Assembly: GCA_016930515.1 (NCBI GenBank)
Contig: JAFGGO010000158.1
Location: forward strand, 32,001 to 96,000
Source of the DNA: Promethearchaeota archaeon
GTDB lineage: Archaea; Asgardarchaeota; Lokiarchaeia; Sigyniarchaeales; SOKP01
Reading direction: 5' to 3'
DNA: 64,000 nucleotides
The position numbers and the translations under genes were made by a program. The first letter of the stretch is position 1. Each line of letters starts with the position of its first letter. Shown piece by piece: positions 38,574-46,927 of this stretch. The notes under the pieces were generated by a model. It was not told the origin of the DNA and ran no database searches. It was given only the letters and a program-made list of their open reading frames with translations.

Positions 38574-39554
38574 ATGACGGAGAATCAAAATTCAAAAAAA
38601 GCTTTGAAAGATAAAAAAAGCAACGAAGACCCTGAGAAAGAGGAAGAAGAAAAAAAATTAAAGCTAGATTCCCTTAAGAAAGCTGGAGAAATCGCAAAGG
38701 AAGTTAAAAAGATAATAAAACCAGAAATTAAGGTTGGTGCGAAAGTTCTAGATATAATAAACCTAACAGAATTAAAAATCAACGAATTAGGTGGTGGTAT
38801 TGCCTTTCCTGCAAATGTGAGCGTAAATAACATTGCTGCTCATTATACATCTCCCTTAAGAGACGATAACTTGGTCATTGGTGATTCTGATCTTGTGAAA
38901 CTAGATCTGGGAGTTCATGTGGAAGGATATATAGTTGATACGGCTTACTCCGTAAATTTTAATGATGACGAGCTCCTTTCGAACATCGTCCAAGCTACTG
39001 AAGTTGCAGTTGACGCGGCTAAAATGATGGCAAAACCAGGCGTAAATACGAGAGAAATTGGAAAGAAAATCGAATCCATAGTAAAGGGTTTTAAATATAA
39101 TCCAATTAAAGAATTAGGCGGACATCAAGTGGAACGATGGACCGTACACGGAAAAAAACAGCTACCCGAATTAGGCTCTCAGCGTGGAAGTACGATGGAA
39201 GAGGGAGATGTATTTGCAGTTGAAATATTTGCATCTACGGGTGAAGGATCCGTTCACGCCATGAATAATTCGTATATCTACGAAATTAACCCTTATTCTG
39301 GTAGGGTTCCGCTAAGAAGGAAAATCTCCAAACAATTGTTAGGTTTTATCAGTAATAATTATAAGACGCTCCCTTTTGCAGAACGATGGTTATTAAAAGA
39401 GTTCAAGACAGGAGTAGCTTTTGGGCTTCAAGAACTAGTCCAACAGGGAAAACTACACGCTCACAATGTTCTTGCCGAAAAGAAGGGAGTATATGTGGCC
39501 CAAACAGAAGAAACAATTTTAATTACCGAAGACGGATTCATACAACTAACATGA
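38574..39554 (+). CDS. map: Type II methionine aminopeptidase
   Basis: AFP.N.SVN..AAHYT, KLDLGVHVEGYIVDTA, GGHQ, AVEIFAST; helical insert of type II enzymes. Confidence 0.95.
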   Translation: MTENQNSKKALKDKKSNEDPEKEEEEKKLKLDSLKKAGEIAKEVKKIIKPEIKVGAKVLDIINLTELKINELGGGIAFPANVSVNNIAAHYTSPLRDDNLVIGDSDLVKLDLGVHVEGYIVDTAYSVNFNDDELLSNIVQATEVAVDAAKMMAKPGVNTREIGKKIESIVKGFKYNPIKELGGHQVERWTVHGKKQLPELGSQRGSTMEEGDVFAVEIFASTGEGSVHAMNNSYIYEINPYSGRVPLRRKISKQLLGFISNNYKTLPFAERWLLKEFKTGVAFGLQELVQQGKLHAHNVLAEKKGVYVAQTEETILITEDGFIQLT

Positions 39555-39573
39555 TCAGATTTTAATATTATCA

Positions 39574-40686
39574 ATGAGACCATTGAATATTTGTTTAGTA
39601 TCGCTTACGATTCCGCCTGATAGGCAGGATGGTGCGGCAAAATTCTTCAGGGGCATTTACGATTACCTCAAAAAACAAGGTCACAATGTCGTTTTGATTA
39701 CTGGTAAGTGGGGAATGAGGCTAAACGATCCAAACATCTTTCAAATAAAGATAATAAAAAAAAGATTTATGTGGATGCCCCAATTCACGTTAGGCGCAAT
39801 TAAATATCTTCGTTCTCACCGATTTGACATCGTTCACGGTAATGCACCAAAAGGGACATTGCCAATTATATTATCAAATACGAAAAATTTTATTACTACA
39901 ATTCACGATTTAGGCCCCTTCGAAACAAGATTTTCCCTATTTCCTATTGAAAAAAACCTCATTAAATATGTAGTAAGAAAAGCTAAGAATATAACTACTT
40001 GTTCAGAATCCATCAGAAGAGAAATTAAATACTACAATCCGAGAATCGAGCTAGATAAAATCGTAAATTTATATTCCGCGATAGAGACGAAATTTAAACC
40101 CCTTCCCGAAAAAGCAAAAAACTTAAAAGAAAAACTGCGAATAAAGGGGCCTGTCCTGCTATATATTGGTCGTATTGCGCATTACAAGGGCATTGAAGAT
40201 ATCATTCGTGCTTACGAAATTGCTAAGGAAAAAATACCTGATCTTACTTTAGTAGTTGGTGGAAAACCAGATTTTATCATGAAATCTAAGTACGAAAGTT
40301 GGAAGCGAATTCATACAGAAATTAAGTTTGTTGGGTTCGTATCGGAGGAAGAAATTCCTGCTTATTATTCTATGGGGGATGTTTTCGTAACATATTCTCA
40401 CGCGTCCGAAGGATTTGGTCTAACTCCTATTGAAGCCATAGCTTGTGGGACGCTTGTGATATGTTCTTCTTTACCCGCTTATAAGGAAGTACTCGAGGAA
40501 AATGGAGTTTTTGTTCCTCCAAAAAAACCCGATTTGCTTGCCGAAAAAATTGTATATTGGATCAAAAATCCTGAAAAAAGGAACGAAATGGTAAAAAGAG
40601 CCCAACAATTCATTAAAAGGTACAGCTGGGACGAAGTAGGAAGAAACCTTGAAAAACTTTATCTAAGATTTGTAGATGGACTTTAA
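39574..40686 (+). CDS. GT4 glycosyltransferase
   Basis: TIHD, YIGRIAHYKG, EGFGLTPIEAIACG. Confidence 0.92.
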   Translation: MRPLNICLVSLTIPPDRQDGAAKFFRGIYDYLKKQGHNVVLITGKWGMRLNDPNIFQIKIIKKRFMWMPQFTLGAIKYLRSHRFDIVHGNAPKGTLPIILSNTKNFITTIHDLGPFETRFSLFPIEKNLIKYVVRKAKNITTCSESIRREIKYYNPRIELDKIVNLYSAIETKFKPLPEKAKNLKEKLRIKGPVLLYIGRIAHYKGIEDIIRAYEIAKEKIPDLTLVVGGKPDFIMKSKYESWKRIHTEIKFVGFVSEEEIPAYYSMGDVFVTYSHASEGFGLTPIEAIACGTLVICSSLPAYKEVLEENGVFVPPKKPDLLAEKIVYWIKNPEKRNEMVKRAQQFIKRYSWDEVGRNLEKLYLRFVDGL

Positions 40687-40698
40687 AAATCATGTGAT

Positions 40699-41805
40699 TT
40701 ATTCCAGGAGTTTTTTTTTAACCTGTTCAAAACATATTTTAATGGGATTTTCCAAATTCTTGATTTTTTCCTTAAACGAAAGGTCAAATCTCCCCGGCTT
40801 GGGGCCCTCTTCGAGAATTTTTTCCGCCTTTTGAACTAATTCATTAGTATTTTTTATGTGTTGCAGGGGAAATTCGTTTTGGATTAAAAATCTTTCCTGA
40901 GGCGCTGATTCTCCAGGAAAATATTCGAGACTTGGTACGTTCAGAAGACTAGATTCTCTAACTATGGTCCCTCCGCCACTAATAACGAGTGCTGCAAAAA
41001 AGCACAGGTCAACAATGTTTGGCAAATATCGTGTTATGATTATATTTCCTTCTTTTTTATACGATTCTAACTTCTCTTTGAGGTAGTTTTCCTGCATTTC
41101 GTTGCGAACTAGAAGGAGATATTTATGGTTAGGAAATTTTTTAAATAGAGGCGGCAATATTTGGCTGATTTTTGTTTCTTCGGGGTTCATGCTATTTATT
41201 AAATAACAAGCAAGAGAGGGTTCGCTTCTTATCACGATATACTTGCCTTTCTCGAGATCAAATTTTTTTAACACTTCTGGTTTTGGAACATAGTCTGAAA
41301 TCCATGCTATTTCGTCAAGACCATTATAACGTATGATCTTTTCTTTATCAGCGTGGTATTTAATATAGGATTCAATAGGAATGCACATTGGTGTTATTAA
41401 TTTATCTATAAAAGGAAATAAAAGCTTGCACACGGGCATGTTACGAGGTTCGTCATTTATACCTATCGAAGGTAAACCCAGTCCATAGGCGATTCGGGTT
41501 CCTTCAATCGAGGAAAATGTTACGAAATGGTCAGGTGAAAATTTGATGATGTGTGGTAAAAGATCGTTTAACCTATCGATGTATGTTTGAAGTTTCTCCT
41601 CCAAGAGCGCACCTCCGTGCTTCCCCACTTTGATATAGTCCACACCGTGGTCGTCTAAGATCTTATAGGTTGAATCGTAATCGCGAGCGGTGATTAAAAG
41701 TTCAGCACCCTCTTCTTTAAACATCCTAAATATGGAATTAAACATTATTCCTGTTTTAGGTTGTTCCACATCAATCCATACTTTTTTTCCTTTGAGGCTC
41801 ATCAT
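40699..41805 (-). CDS. DUF354 GT-B-fold protein (putative glycosyltransferase)
   Basis: VWIDV, LITARDY, VGKHG, YNGLDE, VIRSEP, ISGGGTIVRESSLLNVP. Confidence 0.8.
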   Translation of the reverse strand: MMSLKGKKVWIDVEQPKTGIMFNSIFRMFKEEGAELLITARDYDSTYKILDDHGVDYIKVGKHGGALLEEKLQTYIDRLNDLLPHIIKFSPDHFVTFSSIEGTRIAYGLGLPSIGINDEPRNMPVCKLLFPFIDKLITPMCIPIESYIKYHADKEKIIRYNGLDEIAWISDYVPKPEVLKKFDLEKGKYIVIRSEPSLACYLINSMNPEETKISQILPPLFKKFPNHKYLLLVRNEMQENYLKEKLESYKKEGNIIITRYLPNIVDLCFFAALVISGGGTIVRESSLLNVPSLEYFPGESAPQERFLIQNEFPLQHIKNTNELVQKAEKILEEGPKPGRFDLSFKEKIKNLENPIKICFEQVKKKLLE

Positions 41806-41934
41806 TTTCCCTTGGGTATTTTTACTAAAACAATAGCTAAAAATTTGTTACTCTTTTAATAATATTCGTTTTAGTTTAAAGGTGAAGAATAAGTAATAAA
41901 ATGGAAAAATTAATCATTATAATTCGGGTAAATT

Positions 41935-42243
41935 TTAGGTGTTTCTTGAGGAACATTTACATGGATTGTTATTACATTTTATACATTTCTTAGGATATTT
42001 TTCGAGTAAGGCGCTCTCTAAATCGATATTTAATAAATTTGCTAAAGAACTTGTCCAAGCCACGATATCTGCCATCTCATTTGAGATGTCCTTTAAGTTG
42101 AGGTTATGCGGTCCGTATTTTAGGAGATCGGCGAGTTCACCAATCTCTTCAACTAACCAGATGAAAGTTCTATCCACGCCTCGTTTAGAATCTTGATGAT
42201 AGTAGAGGGTTTTCATTAATTCTTGAAAATCTGATATCTTCAT
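41935..42243 (-). CDS. MazG-like nucleotide pyrophosphohydrolase
   Basis: WLVEEIGELA...EMADIVAW...KY, with a C-terminal CxxC..CxC. Confidence 0.85.
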   Translation of the reverse strand: MKISDFQELMKTLYYHQDSKRGVDRTFIWLVEEIGELADLLKYGPHNLNLKDISNEMADIVAWTSSLANLLNIDLESALLEKYPKKCIKCNNNPCKCSSRNT

Positions 42244-42264
42244 TAGTTCAGGCTTTTTCTGGGT

Positions 42265-42474
42265 TTAAGCGAAAATCCAGTTAAATAATCCAATATGTGC
42301 TAAAATTACAAGTACTATCAATCCTGCAGAAATTAACGCGGTGGAAATTGGGCCGATCTTGATTCCAATGGACGAGTCCTCGAAAAACCTCATCAAACCA
42401 GCACCTCCCATTGGCATGGGAGCGTTACTCGCTCTCCTCTTTTTTCGTCTTGATTGACTTTTTCTTACAGACAT
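42265..42474 (-). CDS. secG: Preprotein translocase Sec61beta subunit
   Basis: Basic N-terminus, AGLMRFFED, IKIGP, single C-terminal TM. Confidence 0.9.
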   Translation of the reverse strand: MSVRKSQSRRKKRRASNAPMPMGGAGLMRFFEDSSIGIKIGPISTALISAGLIVLVILAHIGLFNWIFA

Positions 42475-42490
42475 TTGCGTTGTTAAAGTC

Positions 42491-42508
42491 TTGTATTTAT
42501 AAATACAA
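42491..42508. promoter_or_regulatory. Perfect 18-bp palindrome centred on TATA-like TTTATAAA in the divergent Sec61beta / ribophorin I intergenic region
   Basis: TTGTATTTATAAATACAA is its own reverse complement; the TATA core lies 22-29 bp from the Sec61beta ATG. Confidence 0.5.
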
Positions 42509-42617
42509 TAAATTACTAAGAATAATAAATATTGTTAAAAATTTAACCCTAATTTTAATAAATTTTTATTTATTGGATTAATTATTAATTGTTAATTTCA
42601 AGAAAAAGTATAAAATT

Positions 42618-44480
42618 ATGTTCAAGTCAAAACTATCTCGATTGGTAGCATTAGGGCTTTTATTCGTAATCGTGGGAATATCACTAATACCAAAAATTCC
42701 TAATGAATATTGTCCCGATAATCGTGCAGGTGAAGATATTAAATTAGCTGCAGATATTATGGGGATGGATGATATCTTATTTACAAATGTAACAAGAATT
42801 GCGAACTTAAGTGGCTATGGCATTGTATATATTGAAGATTATCTTGAATTTCAAAATAATTATGAAAATTCTATTAACATCATATATATTGGGATTTCGC
42901 CCCATTTTTCAGATAATCTCATATATCATCGCGCATTTAAGGGAAACAATAGCGAATCTCTATTAATTGAGCGGACTTCGTACATATCTAACGGTTATGA
43001 GATGATTGCTATAACCCTTGATGCCCCGTTATATCCTGGTCAAAAAGCGAATATAAAATATGTTCATTCATATAGGGATTTAATTGAATATGTTGATTTA
43101 GGTAAAACTGATGAACAACATCTTATATTTTCTGGAAATGTTTTTCCTCTGCTTCCATATAGGGCATTAGGGGAGATTAAATCTTGGTATTACACACCGA
43201 CACAAGTAGAGCCAGATGATAGTACTTGGAGGCTGATGGATAATGTATATAACTTCACATTCTTTTCTTATGAGAATTATCTTATTGCGAATGATCTACC
43301 ATCACAGTATCTCGAACCTTTTATGAAAAATATGGGTGCAGAAATGAATTCATCAATAAAGTTCTACGAAATGGCACTTTCTAAACTGGAAATATCTGAT
43401 ATGAATAGGGAAATATTAATTTCTCCTTGGGGGATGATAAAAGTAACAGAAAGATTTCAACTTCAAAATAACGGATTTATAACTATCGATAAGATTCCTT
43501 TACACATTCCAAAAACCGCGTATGAAATATCTTTAACGGATTATTTAGGCGAAATTTCAAAAACAAACAATGGTGACGGCAAAATCGTCATTAATTTAAT
43601 AAGCTTTGGAAATCGGCCAAAACTTACGGCGGGAAGCAGCATGTCATTAATAATGAGCTATTATCTTCCGTTCGAACAATATTCCTCAATAAATTGGTTC
43701 CAAGAATCTATAGAATTGAATATGTTAACCTCAACATTTGATTTTCTCGTAAAAGGCCAAACGGTCAATATTCGTATAGATGGATGTCAAAAAATGGATT
43801 ATTGTACCATTACTCCAGATAAAGTTCAAAAATCTCAAGGAGCTATTATCAATTCTTATTACTCTGATTTTGTAAGTCCATTCGAAAGTAAAGAAATTTT
43901 GATTACATTTACAATCAATGTCTTGGATTTATCCATAAGACCCATAATATTCATGATTTTAATAGTAATGTTATGTGCTTCTTTCGCGGTTCTCTCTAAA
44001 AGAATCAAGAAAAGGCAAGGTGAGGATAAACTCGAGCTTATTGGTGCTGAGCGCTTGCCCGTGCGCGAGATCCGAGAATACTGCTCTTTATGTGAAGAAA
44101 AAAATGCATTGATTATTGAAATAAGAACAATGGACGATTTTCTTCAAAGGAAGAAAATACCTAAGAAAAAATATACTAGCGTCGTTCAAACCAACACGAA
44201 GAAGATTGAAGAAATAAACAACGAAATAATTCCTTTCAAGAATGTTCTCATAGAAACTAGTCTGGCTTTTGAAAATATTATTCGGAAAATCGATGTTTTT
44301 GACGCTGAAAGAGTTTCTATTGACGATAGCGTTAACCTTCTCGATGCTAGATACAAGCAGGGGAAACTACCTTCTAGAGCGGCTTATCAAAAACTTGCAG
44401 ATGGATTCTTAAAAAGGAGGAGAAAGATCGATAGGAACTACGACAAGCTCATCCAACAATTAAGGAGCTATTTGCTTTAA
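42618..44480 (+). CDS. Ribophorin I (OST1)-like oligosaccharyltransferase subunit
   Basis: Signal/TM; two lumenal repeats (NVTRIANLSGYG; MNREILISPWGMIKVTERFQLQNNG, like RPN1 R.IEVSHWGNI.VEE...L.N.G); RPKL; TM; helical cytoplasmic tail. Confidence 0.8.
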   Translation: MFKSKLSRLVALGLLFVIVGISLIPKIPNEYCPDNRAGEDIKLAADIMGMDDILFTNVTRIANLSGYGIVYIEDYLEFQNNYENSINIIYIGISPHFSDNLIYHRAFKGNNSESLLIERTSYISNGYEMIAITLDAPLYPGQKANIKYVHSYRDLIEYVDLGKTDEQHLIFSGNVFPLLPYRALGEIKSWYYTPTQVEPDDSTWRLMDNVYNFTFFSYENYLIANDLPSQYLEPFMKNMGAEMNSSIKFYEMALSKLEISDMNREILISPWGMIKVTERFQLQNNGFITIDKIPLHIPKTAYEISLTDYLGEISKTNNGDGKIVINLISFGNRPKLTAGSSMSLIMSYYLPFEQYSSINWFQESIELNMLTSTFDFLVKGQTVNIRIDGCQKMDYCTITPDKVQKSQGAIINSYYSDFVSPFESKEILITFTINVLDLSIRPIIFMILIVMLCASFAVLSKRIKKRQGEDKLELIGAERLPVREIREYCSLCEEKNALIIEIRTMDDFLQRKKIPKKKYTSVVQTNTKKIEEINNEIIPFKNVLIETSLAFENIIRKIDVFDAERVSIDDSVNLLDARYKQGKLPSRAAYQKLADGFLKRRRKIDRNYDKLIQQLRSYLL

Positions 44481-44514
44481 ATTATTTTTTTATTATTTTT
44501 CTAAGTTGATGTAT

Positions 44515-45147
44515 ATGAAACCTTGGCTTAACGAAATTCTTGCATGTCCAATGGATAAACACTATCCTTTAAAATTATTTGTTTTTGAATACGAAACCAA
44601 ATCAGAAGAATTCGATCGAATTATTAAAATCTATTCGGAAAGAAATATCGAAAAGATACAAGAAGAAAACTTAATTCTTATTAGTAAAAATGCATCAAAT
44701 AATGTGGTACAGATCAAGGATAATATCGTTATAAAACCAACACCCGTGCCTGAATACCTACATAGGATAATTCAAAGCATTGAGGAATTAAAAGATTTTT
44801 ACGATAAAACTTCGGAATTAATTGGTAAAAAATGTTTGGAAATCGTACAATCGACTGTAAAAAATAACATATCTCATTATTTGGATCACGGAACTTCTAA
44901 ATCTTTTGATAATATCCTTCCAGAGCTCTATATCTTGAATAAATTAAAGCTAGATGTTGAGATCAGCTTGGGTTTGTTGTTTTGTGAAGAATGTTGCCGT
45001 TTTTATCCAATAGTAGATACCATACCAAAAATGTTACCTGATGAATTTCGCAATGAGCAAGAAGACCTTGAGTTTCTTTCGCAAGCAGTGAAAAAGAATT
45101 ACATCCAAGAGGATTTTTTAAAAGGTTTAAAACCATTTACGCTCTGA
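44515..45147 (+). CDS. Trm112-like methyltransferase activator with long internal insertion
   Basis: MKPWLNEILACPMDKHYPLKL...GLLFCEECCRFYPIVDTIPKML. Confidence 0.82.
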   Translation: MKPWLNEILACPMDKHYPLKLFVFEYETKSEEFDRIIKIYSERNIEKIQEENLILISKNASNNVVQIKDNIVIKPTPVPEYLHRIIQSIEELKDFYDKTSELIGKKCLEIVQSTVKNNISHYLDHGTSKSFDNILPELYILNKLKLDVEISLGLLFCEECCRFYPIVDTIPKMLPDEFRNEQEDLEFLSQAVKKNYIQEDFLKGLKPFTL

Positions 45148-45220
45148 TCTTACTTAAAAATCTTTTTTTAAGAAATACATTCGTTTTAAAAAAAATTAGT
45201 TTGTTATAAATTAATAAAAA

Positions 45221-45325
45221 TAGCCCAGAGCGGATTCGAACCGCTGTCGCGGGGTATCCTCGAAAGCATTTAAAAAAATTACATTCTTCAAAGCCCCAAA
45301 TGCTTGGCCACTACACCACTGGGCT
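45221..45325 (-). tRNA. tRNA-Gln(UUG) with a 32-nt intron at 37/38 (intron 45256-45287)
   Basis: AGCCCAG acceptor stem with A1-U72, D-arm TAGTGGCCAA, anticodon TTG, GGTTCGAATCC T-loop; bulge-helix-bulge junction (CTTT/GAGG central helix). CCA not encoded. Confidence 0.93.
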
Positions 45326-45526
45326 TTATTTTCTAAGTATCAATAAAATTGGGTACTTAAAAAATTTATATGATTATTTAGTTGATCAACATTAAAGTAT
45401 TTTTCTCTTTCATATTGCTTTAAAGGATTAATAGATCTTATATTGTAAATGTAAAAAAAGAAATAAAAGCAAGACACAATTACAATATCCATATCATCCT
45501 TAAAATAAGTCAAAAAAGTCTGAAAA

Positions 45527-46915
45527 ATGATACCTTTAACCAATCTATCGTGGGGATTTTTCGAAATTTTATCTTTGCTAATTGTTTTTGCCGTTGGGTT
45601 CGTTGTAACGGCTTTAATCCTTCCACATCTCATAAAGTTTATGAAAAGAAAAGGTTTCGTTGGTCATGACATCCATAAGAATTCAAGACCTGCCGTTGCT
45701 GAATCGGGTGGTTTTAGCATGGTTTTTGGCATCATTATTGCCCTGATTGTACTATTTGCTTTTTTTCCGGTGTTAACAAACGAGATTGTCGTGTTTATAT
45801 TCACGGTAATTTCTGCTGGTATAATTGGATTTATTGACGATCGCTTGAGACTTCGTTCTCGAACAAAGATACTCCTTACAATTTTTTCTGGTGGCATCAT
45901 ATTTCTCGCCAATTTCTTTGGTTTCATTACAATTAATTCTCCTACCATACCGTTTCTAGGTAGGCTAAGAATCTCTATTATATATCCTTTTGTTGTTCCA
46001 ATTATCGTGGCTATTTTCGCTAATACTGTTAATATGTTGGAGGGATATAACGGAGAGGGTTCGGGAACGTGCCTTATTGCCATGAGTTTCCTGTTTGTTT
46101 GTGGTTTTATCTTTAATTCGGCTCAGGGCGTTATTTTTTCCGTGCCGGTGATCGCCGTGTTAATTCCATTTTTCATTTATAACAAATTCCCAGCAAAAGT
46201 CTTTCCAGGAGATGTGGGTACTCTAAGTATGGGCGCAATGATTTCATGTGTTATGCTTTTCGGTTCTTTAGAGGTTGCCGCTCTTTCAGCTCTCTTAATA
46301 CACATTTTTAATAGTTTTTATGTGATACGCTCGATGAAAGGATTTCTTGAAAGCGAAGATATTCACGGTTCAAGAAGCGATATCGTTTTACTTGAGGACG
46401 ATAGGATCAAGGCTTCAGAAAAGAAAGACGCTGCCTTAACGCTTCCTCGCCTCATTCTCGCAAGAGGGCCGTTAACGGAACCACAATTGACTAAGAATTT
46501 TTACGCTATTACCTTTTTTTGTGGTTTTTTCTCTATTTTTATGACTTTATTGATGCTATTCACAAAAGGAGCATTATCTTTCGAGGAGATAATCGTTGCA
46601 GAACTGATCTTTTTCGTAATTATTAGCATGCCTTCTGCTGTCCTACTTTATTTTTTCCCGCGTATAAGGGGAATTATTGCTATAATGATTATTTTACTCC
46701 TCTTTGTATGTATCTTTTTGATTTTCATAGATCATCTCATTTTACCTCTTCAAATACCTGATATTGATTTAGGATTTGTGCAAATTCCTGTAAATGTTTT
46801 GATCTCGCTTTTACTTACTATCCCTGGTATTGCTGCCTGGTATTATGTTTCAATCAAATACTTCTGGTATGAAATTAATAAAATGAAGCGCAATATAAAA
46901 TCAACTAATAAATAA
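45527..46915 (+). CDS. UDP-GlcNAc:dolichyl-phosphate GlcNAc-1-P transferase (AglH/Alg7, PNPT family) with extra C-terminal TMs
   Basis: GHDIHK, VAESGG, IGFIDD, NTVNMLEGYNG, YNKFPAKVFPGDVGT. Confidence 0.88.
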   Translation: MIPLTNLSWGFFEILSLLIVFAVGFVVTALILPHLIKFMKRKGFVGHDIHKNSRPAVAESGGFSMVFGIIIALIVLFAFFPVLTNEIVVFIFTVISAGIIGFIDDRLRLRSRTKILLTIFSGGIIFLANFFGFITINSPTIPFLGRLRISIIYPFVVPIIVAIFANTVNMLEGYNGEGSGTCLIAMSFLFVCGFIFNSAQGVIFSVPVIAVLIPFFIYNKFPAKVFPGDVGTLSMGAMISCVMLFGSLEVAALSALLIHIFNSFYVIRSMKGFLESEDIHGSRSDIVLLEDDRIKASEKKDAALTLPRLILARGPLTEPQLTKNFYAITFFCGFFSIFMTLLMLFTKGALSFEEIIVAELIFFVIISMPSAVLLYFFPRIRGIIAIMIILLLFVCIFLIFIDHLILPLQIPDIDLGFVQIPVNVLISLLLTIPGIAAWYYVSIKYFWYEINKMKRNIKSTNK

Positions 46916-46927
46916 GAATGAAGTTAC

